Shown piece after piece: positions 38,029 to 50,829 of a DNA stretch of 64,000 nt. Under the pieces are notes generated by a model that saw only the letters and a list, made by a program, of their open reading frames with translations, made no database searches and was not told where the DNA came from. The stretch is from Squalus acanthias. Its lineage: Eukaryota. The position numbers were made by a program, and so were the translations under genes. Each line of letters begins with the position of its first letter. Position 1 is the stretch's first letter. The stretch spans positions 39,248,001 through 39,312,000 of the forward strand of contig CM059432.1 in assembly GCA_030390025.1 (NCBI GenBank). Direction: 5' to 3'.

Positions 38029-39522
38029 TGGTTCCACAGGTATGCTGATGGAGGTGACCACCCTTTCCATGTTGGAAAGGATGGGCTCCAACCTCTGCAC
38101 AAAGCCCTGTACCAAGTTGGCACTTGAATCCTCCATGCTCCTCGACATTGAGCACAGGCTTTCCAGCAGGGTTTGCAGTGCATCAAGCATTTGGGTGCGT
38201 ACACCCACCAGCCTTCTTCTGTAGCCTGGCCCATTGAAGTCTTTATCTGAGTCCTCGGCAGCAGGACTATTGTGCGACCTTGCCCTCCAGCGAGCTGGCA
38301 CCTGCGCTATTCTTTCTCCCCACCCTGGCTCCTGTACACTTGTGCCCGGTGTCCCACCATGTGTATATCCCTCCTCTATCCTATCCTCTAAAATACACGC
38401 AATGTCAGCATCTGAGCTGGTTGCTGTGATTGTGAGATCGAGGGACAGTATCTCTTCACCTTCACTTTCCTCTTCCTCTTCCTCCACTGTCTGGGCAGGT
38501 TCCAGTTCTTGAGTATCTGAAATGTAAAAGGGTTGGGTTGTGGTGAGGGGAGAGGAGAAAATCAGAAGTGTAAGCTTACACTATCTGTAGCTTCTCAGTC
38601 AGAAGACATTGAGGGATGAGAGAAGGATGATTAGGTCTGTTGATACCCTCAACATCAATTGCTTCAGCCCCACCGGTGGCTATGGCCTTAGCGATGAAGC
38701 GCAGCACTGTCTCCTCCATGGGGGCTAAAACATGCAGGCGTGCTTCTCCCCCTCCAATTCTTTCCTGCTGCCTCCTGTTATGCGGCACTTTTTCCTGCAA
38801 GGAAGAGGGAAGTGTGTCAGTGAGTATCATACAGTATGTTTGGGTGATGTGGCTGTCATGGTTGAATAGCTGCCAGTGTGTGCGAGCTGTGAGATGTGGG
38901 TGTGAAACTTGCAACAGTGCTACGTGTGTGAGGGTGAGGTAAAGCATATGAATGTCAGGGTTGAATCCTAATTGATAGAGATTGTTGGTAGATGGATGAT
39001 GGGGGGTGTAGTGAATTGAGCAGTCGATGAGGCTAGTGGTGCAGCTGGTAGGATCTGACATTTGAAGATAAACTCACTGACCATGACAACTCGTGTGAGA
39101 TCATTAAACATCTTCCTGAACTGCATTCAGGTTCTTGCAGCTATACTCCTGACATTGACCTCCACCACTATCTCTTCCCACTGCCTCCTGAGAATGTGTC
39201 GGAGGACCTCCTGCCCCCCTGAGGATACAGGACACCTCTCTTCCGTTCCACCTCTTCCACCAAAACCTCCAGTGCAGTGTCTGAAAACCTTGGTGCACCT
39301 CCCCTTTAAGAGGTGCAGGCTGCCTTTAAGTAGCACTAGGCACTTACAATATCAGGCCCCCTGCTGATGCGTGCGCTGGGAGTGCTGGCTGCATGCAGCA
39401 ATCATGGAAATAAGCTGGCAGCACAAATTTGCTGTCCTGTCTGCATTGCAACCAATGGGCATGGGTTAATTGTGCATCGTGATCCCTGCGCCCATTTACG
39501 GGGGCTATCCAATTTAATCCCC
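38029..39522 (-). mobile_element. Second Harbinger Myb-side half, opposite orientation
   Basis: Terminal AATTTAATCCCC; Myb exons on - strand (APRFSDTALEVLVEEV, EKVPHNRRQQERIGGG, acidic exon 3); exon 1 frameshifted and lacking its start. Confidence 0.85.
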
Positions 39523-39764
39523 AATGAATATAAACGGTCAGTTCCACCTAGAGCAGTAGAGTTTTTCAGCAAAAACTTGCTGTGAATTACTTGCCTTGAA
39601 CTATTCTTTACTCAGATGTAAGCTGCTTAGAAACCATTTCCTTTCGAGGAGTGTAACCTATGAAATACAGCACACTATTTTTTAAAGTTATAAACCAAAG
39701 CAGAAGTATAGATAGTGGTAAATTACATAACTAATTCCGGAAAAAAATGTAAGCACTTGCATCT

Positions 39765-40785
39765 ACTTTAATTCTCCACTCCACTCCCACTCTGACCTCT
39801 CTGTCCTCGGCCTCTTACACTGTTCCAATGAAGCTCAAAGTAAGCTCGAGGAACAGCACCTCATCTTTCTATTACGCACTTTACAGCCTTCTGGACTCAA
39901 CATCGAGTTCAACAATTTCAGACTATAACCTCGGCCCCTATTTTTTCAGACGGCAGCTGTTGATGATTCTGCCATCCCCATTTGCAACATTTAACCACTC
40001 TTGCCTTCCACCCTATCACAGACCATCCCTTTTATACTTTCCTCCCCCTCCCCTCTTTCCCTGCCTCTGTACCTGCTTAAAATCTGTTACATCTCTAACT
40101 TTTTCCAGTTCTACCCAGCCCTGAAATGTTAACTCTGTTTCTCTCTCCAAGGATGCTGCCTGACCTGCTGAGTGTTTCCAGCATTTTCTGTTGTTATCTC
40201 CAAGAAATCTATTCTCTCTCCATGTAAGCCATCTTCATCAGTTAGGAGCTCGACAAGTTCAGGTAATTGTCATTTAAACATAGACCTTCAACCTCACTCC
40301 TGTTTGATTCAGAAGAAGGGGACTTACATGGGGAGAGAATAGATTTCTTGGAGATAACAACAGAAAATGCTGGAAACATTCAGCAGGTCAGGCAGCATCC
40401 TTGGAGAGAGAAACAGAGTTAACATTTCAGGTCTGGGTAGAACTGGAAAAAGTTAGAGATGTAACAGATTTTAAGCAGGTACAGAGGTAGGGAAAGAGGG
40501 GAGGGGAGGAAAGAACAAAAGGGATGGTCTGTGATAGGGTGGAAGGCAGGAGTGGTTAAATATTGCAAATGAGGATGGCAGAATCATCAACAGCTGCTGT
40601 CTGAAAAAATAGGGGCAGAGGTTATGATCTGAAATTGTTGAACTCGATGTTGAGTCCAGAAGGCTGTAAAGTGCGTAATAGAAAGATGAGATGCTGTTCC
40701 TCGAGCTTACTTTGAGCTTCATTGGAACAGTGTAAGAGGCCGAAGACAGAGAGGTCAGAGTGGGAGTGGAGCGGAGAATTAAAGT
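39765..40785. repeat. Long inverted repeat (about 464-bp arms, 94-bp spacer)
   Basis: 39765-40228 is the near-exact reverse complement of 40323-40785. Confidence 0.92.
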
Positions 40786-42684
40786 GACAAGCGACCAGAA
40801 GCTCGGGGTCACCCTTACGGACTGAACAGAGCTGTTCCGCAAAGCGGTCACCCAATCTGAGTTTGGTCTCCCCAATGTAGAGGAGCAGCGAATATAAAAT
40901 ACTAAATTGCAAGAAGTACAAGTAAATCGCTGTTTCACCCAGGAGTGTTTGGGGCCCTGGACAGTGGTAAGAGAGGAGGTAAAAGGGCAAGTGTTGCATC
41001 TCCTGCACTTGCACAGGAAGGTGTCGTGGGGAGGGGAGGGGCTGTTTGGGGTGATTGAGGAGTGGACCAGAGTGTTGCGGAGGGAGCGGTCCCTTCAGAA
41101 TGCTGAAAGGGGAGGGGAGGGGATGATGTGTTTGGTGGTGGGATCACGCTGGAGGTGGCGGAAATGACGGAGGATGATCCGTTGAATGTGGAGGCTGGTG
41201 GGGTGAAAGGTGAGGACAAGGGGAACCCGATCGTGGTTCTGGGAGGGAGGGGTAGGGGTGAGAGCAGGTGCAGGAAATACGATGGACACGATCGAGGGCC
41301 ATGTCAACCACAGCAGAGGGGAATCCTCGGTTGAGGAAAAAGGAAGAGATATCGGAAGCACTAGTATGGAAGGTGGCATCGTCAGAGCAGATGCGACGGA
41401 GATGGAGAAACTGGGAGAATGGAATAGAGTCCTTACAGGAAGCGGGGTGGGGAGGAAGTGTAGTCCAGGTAGCTGTGGGAGTCAGTGGGCTTATAGTGAA
41501 TGTTTGTCGATAGCCTAACCCCAGAAATGGAGACAGAGAAGTTGAGGAAGGGATGGGAAGAGTCGGAGATGGACCATGTGAAGGTGAGGGAAGGGTGGAA
41601 ATTGGAAGTAAAGTGAATGAAACTTTCTAATTCAGGGCGAGAGCAGGAAACGGCACCAATACAGTCATCAATGTACCGGAAAAAGAGGTGAGGGAGGGGA
41701 CCTGAGTAGGACTGGAACAAAGAATGTTCCACACATCCCACAAAAAGGCAGGCATAGCTAGGGCCCATGCGGGTTCCCATAGCAACACCTTTAATTTGGA
41801 GGAAATGAGTGGAGTCAAAGAAGAAGTTGTTCAATGTGAGAACAAGTTCAGCCAGGTGGAGGAGGGGGGTGGTGGATGGGAACTGGTTGGGCCTCTGTTC
41901 AAGGAAGAAGCAGAGCGCCCTCAGGCCATCCTGGTGGGGGTGGAGATGTAGAGGGATTGGACGTCCATGGTGAAAAGGAGATGGTTGGGGCCAGGAAACT
42001 GTTAACGTAGCGGAGGGCATCGGAAGAGTCGTGAATGTGGGTGGGAAGAGACTGGACAAGGGGAGAAAAAATAGAGTCAAGATAGGAAGAAATCAGTTCC
42101 GTGGGGCAAGAACAGGCTGAAACGACGGGTCTACCAGGGCAGCCCTGTTTGTGGATCTTGGGAAGGAGGTAGAAGTGGGCTGTGCAGGGTTGGGGGACTA
42201 TGAGGTTGACAGCCATAGAGGGAAGATCTCCAGAGGAGATGAGGTCAGTGACAGTCTTGGAAACAATGGTTTGATGTTTGGTAGTTTGATCATGGTCCAG
42301 GAGGAGGTAGGAGGAGGTGTCAGAGAGTTGGCGTTCAGCCTCCGCACGGTAGAGGTCGGTTCGCCAAACAACAACAGCACCACTCTTGTCAGCAGGTTTA
42401 ATGACAATGTTGGGATTGGATCTGAGAGAACGGAGTGCTGCAAGTTCAGAGGGAGGTAGGTTGGAGTGAGCGAGGGGAGCAGAGAAATTGAGATGGCTGG
42501 TGTCACGCCAGCAGTTCACAATGAAAAGATGTAGAGAGGGTAAGAGGCCAGAGGGTGTGGTCCAGGTAGACCGAGAATTCTGAAAGCGGGAGAAAGGGTC
42601 CGCCATGCGGGGGGAAGACTCCTGGCCAAAGAAGTGGACACGGAGACGAAGGCAAGGGAAAAAGAGCTCGGCGTTGTGCAGCAA
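40354..42684 (-). mobile_element. Penelope-like retroelement (RT plus GIY-YIG), frameshifted
   Basis: IKPADKSG, YLLPKIHK, GRPVVS, GVAMGTRMGPSYA, FRYIDD, YIGETK.RLGDRFAE, P.GLN motifs. Confidence 0.93.
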
Positions 42685-43415
42685 CTTTCAACTTACTGCT
42701 GGAATGTAAACCTGGCGTTGCGGGTGGGCTGCCCATAATCGAACTGCCCGATTTTCCTTTCCACTCAAATCAATAGAAGGAAAATCATGCAGTTTCTATA
42801 CCAGGTGCCCAACCCTCAACGCCGGTTTTATGGTCCAGGGGTAAGTTGGAAATTATCCCCTTTTACTCCCGCTTCCAGATGACTCAAAGGAAACTGGCAA
42901 AACTTCAGTGTGAGAGTCAGTTAAGACAGCATTTCAAATAGAAATTGAAAATACAAAATTAATTTCCACAGAGCAGTCATTATGATTCTTAACTAAATAA
43001 CACATTCTATACATTTATGATAAATGAATACTTATTTATCAAGCTCATATATTTTCTCATCTGAACAAAGTTAAAAAGAACAGGATGTAAGAAAATTATC
43101 CACACGAATTGAAAGCATGCAAAATATTGTACAGTAAGTACAATTTCACTACTTTTTTCAGTATGAGTTTCTGATAAATAAACATTCCTGACAAATTAAT
43201 AAAATTTCAGATAGGTGTGCTACAGGCAGAGCTCATTTGTACATATTTGGCTTTATAAATCTCAGGGATCACCCTGATATTTGAAATAAAGAAAACAATT
43301 ATCATCCTAAACAGAAGCATGGGTTGTCAAAAGTGAACCTATGCCATAATTCTTTTAACCAGGAAATATTAATTGTTATATATATAGATAGATAGATAGA
43401 TAGATAAATAGATAG

Positions 43416-43712
43416 CTCCTCTAAATCTGGCCTCTTGAGCATTCCCGATTTCAATCGCTCCACCATTGTTGGTCATGCCTTCAGCTGTCAAGGCCTTAAG
43501 CTCTGGAATTCCCTCCCTAAACCTCTCTACCTCTCTTTCCTCCTTTAAGACGTTCCTTAATACCTACCTCTGACCAAGCTTTTGGTCATCTGCCCTAATA
43601 TCTCCTTATGTGGCTCAGTGTCAAATTTTGTTTTATAACGCTCCTGTGACGCGCCCTTGGGACATTTCACTATGTTAGAGGCGCTATATACATGCATGTT
43701 GTTGTTGTTGTT
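43416..43712 (+). mobile_element. L2-type LINE 3' end
   Basis: GCCTTCAGCTG...CTCTGGAATTCCCTCCCT...GGCGCTATAT...(GTT)n tail; homologous to 48372-48655. Confidence 0.7.
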
Positions 43713-45382
43713 TAAGTTTATATGAATTAAATATTAGCTGTAATATTTCTGACATTGTACTCACCCAGCAGGAGCACATAGTATAAATTCAGGCATATGG
43801 CGCTCATGATTTCCTAACCGTTTCAATCAATAGTGAGAAAATGGTGCACAGCAGAGGCCCAAATTCCCACCCAGGTGCTCCCAGTGAGTCAGGATCCTCT
43901 CCAAAAGCAGAAGGTCAGAAATTTTCCCTTATTAATTTTGTAATCTATCAGAGTGTGACAAATATAGAAACTTCATCATGATAGGCTTTATGGCAAGATA
44001 ATCCAGATTAAAATTGATGTTGTTCCTTGCCCAAGTTCAGAATGGAGGACAGAAGATATTCCATCTACAAGATTACAAGAAGATTCAGTTTGATCAAGGA
44101 TTAATTAAGACATTGTTTGATCTGGATTACAAAATGCACGTTAGCATTGCAGGGTATCAGGTCCTAAGCAAAGACTTTGACAGCTCTGCTGTAAATTACA
44201 CTTTAGCATTGTATGTTGGGTGTTAAACACTATCGTGGTTTATAAAGGTCCACTTCCATAGTCTACAGCAGTTAGTGGCCTATAAATATAACCCCACTGC
44301 GCCCATTTATTGGGTGTTAACTGACCTACTAAACCTTCAATATGGCAAGCAGGAAGCGTGCGCACATTTGTGTCCAGAAGTGGGCCGCCCATCATATTAG
44401 GAAAGGAAAAAAAATAGGGGTCCTTTATCCACACCTGAAACAGGCAATAGTTTCTTTGCATATGCAAATAAGGGGCCTAATACCTGTTTGAGATCCCTAC
44501 TTCAAATTTGGTTTACCCTGAGGCAACCCGTGCCAGGGTCATCTACACTTAGGGAAAGCAGACCTTGGGACCACATGCCAGCAATTCTAGGTTGTTCTAC
44601 CAAAGAGACACAATGGGCCAAATGGTCTCCTTCTGTGCTGTAAACCTCTACGGTTTCATGGATAATGCTTTGAAATAAATATGCAAAATGTCTGGCATTG
44701 ATATAAATGTCTCGGAATAAAATATAATTGGACAATTAGTGTTAGCTGTGGAAAGCTGAGTGTCCCATTTAAAAGGTAAACCATAAGGAGATAGCTGTTG
44801 GTCAGATCTATTTTGGTTGCACTTGAAAATCCACTGATTGTGTGCAGATGTTCATATTTCTAGATTAAAAAGAAGTCATCTCCATTTTTAATACAAAACA
44901 TCACATTTTCTCGGCTTCTCAGAATATTATCCGTTCTTAGGCTCCTTGACTTCTATTGATGCATTTTAATTTTATTTTATGACTTTGTTTCCACTTGTAA
45001 AATAACAATTATGCTAAATAAATTCAGCTGATTTTGCTTGTGCAACATTATTTATTTATAAAAGCAATGGATCCTTTATATTTTTATTCCAAGTTATGCA
45101 TTAAAGAAGTTAAGTTAGCAGTTAAATATGGAATAAAATACAGTCCACAGCTGTATCACATCGAGAGGCTGACGATAAACCACAAGAACAATATCATTTC
45201 AACCATGGGATTTGTTCCTGCTTTAGAACTTTATATTGCTTTATATTGTGTACAAATATAATAATTTCTCATCTATTTATTTTAATGTGTGGTTCTTTTG
45301 TTGACGGGAGTAGTATATTGGTATCGTATGTACCCTTTGATTAAACCAGGCTCGTGTGGAGCATAAACACCATCATGGACCT

Positions 45383-45884
45383 TTTTCTTCCTTTCAGATG
45401 TCAAACCAAGACTCGTTTTCACAGCCACATCTCTTTCCTCAGCAACTGTCTCTGGTTCCGACTTATTCCACGTGGATTCCAACTGAAATTCCACCCTTCG
45501 TGTTTCGGATCCACCCAGGATTACAAATATCTCCAAGATATTCAGCGTTCCTCGAACTACTGCTCTCGCCGCATCCTGAGATCCACGCTCAATGCCATGC
45601 GCCGCCACATGAACACTCTCAACCTCTCTCTTCAGCAGCACCGACGCACTCTATCTCAAAGCTGTCCTGGTCCACAGTTCCATTTCATCCTTCGACACAT
45701 CCGGCGCTTCAACAAAAAACTTTTTTTCTTCCTTTCAGATGTCAAAGCAGTTCTGACGAAGGGTCACAGGCCTGAAACGTTAACTCTGTTTCTCTCTCCA
45801 CGGATGCTGCCTGGCCTGCTGAATGTTTCCAGCATTTTCTGTTGTTATTTCAGATTTCCAGCATCCGCAGTATTTTGCTATTAT
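45383..45884 (+). mobile_element. Internally deleted Penelope-like insert with 14-bp TSD
   Basis: ACCATCATGGACCT at 45369-45382 and 45885-45898; Penelope-like N-terminal fragment (HISFLSNCL..RLIPRGFQLKF) joined to the 3' terminus seen at 40110-40200. Confidence 0.82.
45747..45786 (+). ncRNA. Minimal type I hammerhead ribozyme
   Basis: AGUU-CUGACGA-A-GGGUC-ACA-GGCCU-GAA-ACGU-U-AACU: CUGANGA/GAAA core, stem II, palindromic AACGUU stem III, AGUU/AACU stem I. Confidence 0.72.
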
Positions 45885-45949
45885 ACCATCATGGACCTGA
45901 TGGGCCAAATGGCCTGTTTCAGTGATGTATATTCTATACTATATGACTT

Positions 45950-46185
45950 CATCAGCTTGGTTGAGTGGTCACACTCGTGCCTCCGAGTCAGTAGGTTGTG
46001 GATTCAATCTCAACTCCTGGGTATGAGCACAACTGACACTTCAGTGCTGTACTGAGGGAGAGCTGCATTGATGAGGGTGCTGCCTTTCAGATGAGTTGCT
46101 ATACTGAGGTCCCAGCTGCCTCTTAAGGTGGGTGTAAAAAATCCTCTGGCTCTATTCTTCAAAGAAGATCAGGGGAGCACAGCAT
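45950..46185 (+). mobile_element. Decayed Deu-domain SINE, 5' part
   Basis: tRNA-like head and GGTGCTGCCTTTCAGATGAG core similar to 57562-57800. Confidence 0.65.
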
Positions 46186-46199
46186 TTAATACATAAACT

Positions 46200-46753
46200 A
46201 GAGTCCTATGACATACAAAAGGAACTCGATAGCCATTCTGGGAGATGCCAGCCATGCTCCGTTCCATTTTAACTGGCAGTACAGCTGAAGAGCACCAAAA
46301 AAATGGTAAGTTCAAAAAAAATAATTTCTGGGGCCAGCCAGCCTCTACAACAATAATGTCACCTCGGACTCCCCCCCCGCTCCATGAACTGCCACAGCCT
46401 CCGCCTCCCCCCTCCCCTCCCCCAGCCTCCCCCCTCCCCCCCTCACCCCATCTCTCCTCCCCAGCCTCCCCCCTCCCCCCACTCTCCCCCCTCCCCACTC
46501 CTCCCCCTCCCCCCACTCCCCCCTCCCCCCACTCTCCACTCCCCCCACTCCCCACTCCCCCCTCCCCCAGCCCCCGAACCTACCTTACCGCCAGCAGGGT
46601 TGGTCTTCGGGGCACCCAATATGGCGCTCAAAGACTGCCGGTGACAGGGTAATGAAGCCCAGCCCCCAAAATGGACGAGGCCTCCTGCTGGCACTGTCGG
46701 GCGACCAGCTGGGACGCTCCGCCAGTCGGCTGCTCAATAATTAAAATCTACCC
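46200..46753. mobile_element. Harbinger-type MITE remnant with poly-C linker
   Basis: Right end AAAATCTACCCC; C-rich tract 46400-46580; left end not resolved. Confidence 0.5.
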
Positions 46754-48371
46754 CTAAGTATTGGCAGACTTTCCATTTGTGGTGGGTGTCGCAGCTGAGC
46801 CGAATCCTCACAGCTGATTCCAATCCCGTTCTCGGTAGATATCGAAATTCAAGTAACTTCCAGCAGGTGATACTGGCTGCGATCAAGAGCAAGAATCCTA
46901 GCCGATTGTTTTTTTTCCCCTGGTGCAGAGGAATTATGTTAATTGTAGCACTCTTGGATACCCCAACATGAGGACGCACATTTTCTACATGTCTACTAAT
47001 TTTAACTCCCACGTTCGTAAGTCAAAGTAATTCAGCTGATTAATGATAGCATTGTGTAAAAGTGATCAACAACATACTGGCAGGTATTATGGAACAGTTA
47101 TACCATATGAAGTACTGTAATAGGTATGAATCTGTAAATTACATGAAGACAACAAGAACGTTTTCCCAACAGACCCTTTTGCTTTAATGAAAGTTTAGCT
47201 TCCCTTGCCTCAGGTAAAATGGGAACAAGATTATATCTTTCAAACAATTACACTGTCACAATCAAAGGAAACAGACTTTAAGTAGTCTGTCAAATCACAT
47301 CAGGAGCTAATAACTACTCATCCTTCCCACTAAGTCCGAAGGACTCGAATCCTCCTTTGTTCTTCTGATGATCTGTGTCAAAATAGGCTGCTTAAAGTTA
47401 CACTACAGGTACTTAGATGTCCATGTTTGAAAGCCAGGCTTACCCCTCTGGGTACAAAGGGTCCATTCCCAGTCACTAAATATGACAAGATCAGCTGCGT
47501 TCTGTTTGTGCCTAAATGCTTTAAATAAAATAATCTGTGAAGGGTTACTTACTGGTATTAACTCCTTCACAATAGATGTTGTGATGTCTTTGCATAGCAT
47601 AATCCTCAAAGTTATTCTCTGAGGTAGAACTTACTGCTACACACCAAGCTGCAATACTTTTTTTTCCCACTTAAAGGGTTAATGCTGGAACTCACACTAA
47701 TCTGGTGGCCTGTAGAAGATCACAGACGCTCTGGGATGGAGTGTTTGGGCTGTAACATCCATCAAATACTGCACAGTGCGACTGGCCAACCTTTCAGTGC
47801 ACTGGCCAATAATGATAGGTTATTGAACAAAACAGGTTTCAAAGACTGTCATTACATTTAAAACTCTCTCAAGGCAGAGTGGGCAAGTATCCTAGTTACT
47901 GTCCATTTTGAAATAAAAATAGGTGTTATCATTTGAAGATACTGCAAGGTTTTGTATTCAAACTGCTTTGATGTGCCATCTGACTGGTTTGGAGGACTTT
48001 GGGAATATCTGTTCACCTTGTGCGCAGCCGTACAACAAACTGCAATTCTACTAATCTAGATCTAAACCTCGACTGTGTCATTTTCAGGCAGGCCGTAAAA
48101 GATAACACAGATTGACATGGATCTTATTATATGGGTGAGGAAGGAGCTTGCAATATTAACTAACATTTTGCTGTCGTGGAAGGCCTGAACTCACAAGAAA
48201 CAATGCTGCAAGTGAGCTGTGAAGTCTTTTGTAAAATGGTACAGCATAAATTGGTGAATACTGTTGCATTGTAACATTTTTTTACCATTTTTAGAAATGA
48301 TTATATAACCGTTTTAATATTATTTAGAACTGTGGACATGTTCTGTTGTATTTGCAGGTAACAACTGCCGT

Positions 48372-48655
48372 TTTCTGGCCACTAGCACATCCCCGATTTT
48401 CATCGCTTCAGCCTTCAGCTGCCAAGGCCCTAAGCTCTGGAGTTTCCCTTCCTAAACCACTCTGCCTCGCTACCTCTCTCTCCTCCTTTAAGATGCTCCT
48501 TAAAACCTATTTGACCAAGCTTTTGGTCATCTGTCCTAATATCTCCTTATGTGGCTTGGCATCAATTTTTGTTTGCTAAGCCTTCTGTGAAGTGCCTTGG
48601 GATGTTTTACTGTGCTAAAGACCCTATGTAAATGCAAGTTTTTGTTGTTGTTGTT
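48372..48655 (+). mobile_element. L2-type LINE 3' end
   Basis: Colinear with 43416-43712; (GTT)n tail. Confidence 0.7.
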
Positions 48656-49262
48656 TTTAGAACTCAGATTTTGTCCGTTAAACTCTTGCTTTAAGTTAAT
48701 CAGTTGAAAGTTTTCTTCTCAATTTACTCTTCTTTTTTGCTCTCTGCTCCCAAAACTCTGAATCATTTTGGATACTCTTCCATTGGGTCTAGCAGTCTTC
48801 AAAGTGAGCCCACACCAAGAGTGTTGGCAGGCTATATGAATGTGGGGGATTTTTACGGCCAAACATTTTCCTGTCCTTACCCAACACACATGTGTCTTCC
48901 AACATGAGTCACTGAATAGTAATCAAAGTTAGGAACTCTGGCTGTTTCCCCTCTCCTTTAGCCCAGGGATACTGAAGCACCCCAATCAGCATCCTTGCCG
49001 AGATCAGCTGACAGCATAGGTCAACGATTGAACTCAGAGATTTACTGAAATCTGTGGGGAAAATGTTATGATTCTCCTGGGGAATGTGGCTGTGAGGATC
49101 AGAGTGCTGATTCATGGCCCACGAAATTCACCATCCATTAATTCCAAAATTCACTCTCATGACTCAGGACCGTATGAATTCATCTATTTAGCTGTAAATG
49201 TAAGGTTAATTGATGATACCTGAATTCTGAAAACACCCGTTCTTCAAATAGTAAAATATTAT

Positions 49263-50829
49263 GGGCTAAAAATTGGGAGGTTTAACACCACCCCTTACCA
49301 GCAAAAAATAGCGAAAAGACGATGGCCACCGCTCTTCTGCCAGCCGGTGGCGGGGGTCCTGCGGCATCCTCCATTTTCCAAGACCCAGCAGCGCTGCTGG
49401 AAAGATCCATTGCCCTGCAAATTAAATGAGGGAGAGGTGACGTCAGTCAGCATACAACACTGACTTAATGTCACCACGGCAAGCTTGGACCTTTGTGCTG
49501 AGTTCAGCGCTTGGTCCTAAGCTCGCCATGTAAACCCAGCGTGCAGACTGACAGAGATGCTGTCAGCACTTCTTAAAGGGACACACATATCTTTCAGGTA
49601 AGTTTGCATTTAAGCTTTTGGACTTTTTTGTTGTTGATTTTATTGCAATAGTAGCTTGCTGCAATAGATGTTAAAAGTTTTTTAAGTATGTAGGGAATGC
49701 TGCTGGAGGCTTGCAAGGCCTCGGATGGTAAAGGAAGGCCTCTGAGAAGACAGAAAATACTGCAAATACTCAGCAGGTCAGGCAACATCCATGGAGAGAG
49801 AAACAGAGTTCACGTCTCAGGTCAAGATGCTGCCTGACCTGCTGAGTATTTCCAGCATTTTATGCTGTCATTTCAGAATTACAGATCCACTCGCAGAGGG
49901 AAGAGGAATACGCAGAAGATGAAGAAACAGAAGAGGAAGAATCTGAAGAAGAGGAAGCCGAAGAGAAGGAAGCAGAAGAGGAGGAAGCAGAAGAGGAGGA
50001 AGCAGAAGAGGAGGAAGCAAAAGAGGAGGAAACAGAAGAGGAAGCAGAAGGAAGGAAGCAACCCAGACAGCCCCTTTTTCGCCGGGATATCCGGGGTGGA
50101 ATCATCCGCCTGCGGTCCCAGTGACTGCAACCCCAATTCCCCTTTCAACATTAGTCCCACACTTTACCTTCCCTCTGTTACTGACCATCACAGCGTCCTC
50201 TTGGCCACGATGCTGAAATAAACGCCACCACAAAGCAAACTTTCCAATCCAACTTTATACATCTATCCATCAATATGACATCAAGAAATCAACTCATCAC
50301 CCTTGTGCATTCTCTTAGTGACTGTCTTGTGTGTGCCTTTGCCTATCCTACTGATGTCATGCAGTACTACCCCAATGGCTGCAGCATGGCTGGTGGAAGG
50401 CTGCTGACTTTCAGTGGGGGAAACTGTAAATGGCCTTGTTGGTCGACCTTGAGGAACTGGTGGCCGGGAGTGTCAAATCGAGTAATGATGTTTCTTCTTC
50501 TTCTTCTTCTTCTTCTTCTTCTTCTTCTTCTTCTTCTTCTTCTTCTTCTTCTTCTTCTTCTTCTTCTTCTTCTTCTTCTTCTTCTTCTTCTCTCTCCTCT
50601 CCCTCTTCTTGCTCAACCTACTGGCTGGGCAGGCTGCATTTCTTGGGTGTGTGAAATGAGGAAGGCACAAGGGTCCCATTTCCCATGCCTGCACTAACGC
50701 CACCAGGAGAGCGTTACATGGTAAGTTAGCGCTGGGCTAAAAATCTTTAGCCCCCAGTGCGAATTTTTCTCTGGTAGCGCTTCGTCCATTTTCAGCGACC
50801 ATTAACCCCAGGCCACAAAATTTTTGCCC
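49263..50829. mobile_element. Harbinger deletion derivative holding transposase and Myb 3' ends
   Basis: TIRs GGGCTAAAAATT / AAATTTTTGCCC; flanks TAT/TAA; 49880-50450 is the reverse-orientation homologue of 8800-9270. Confidence 0.75.
50492..50590 (+). repeat. (TTC)n microsatellite, about 33 units
   Basis: Direct reading; lies in the acidic start of Myb exon 3 (- strand). Confidence 0.97.

Noticed and set aside
40105..40140. Hammerhead in the Penelope palindrome arms
   Set aside because: The CUGANGA core and stem II are deleted in both arms
46169..46694. Gly-rich and Pro-rich ORFs
   Set aside because: Translations of the poly-C linker of a MITE
48870..49045. Possible reverse-strand tRNA-derived SINE relic (also about 46760-46930)
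   Set aside because: Too decayed to set boundaries or family by eye
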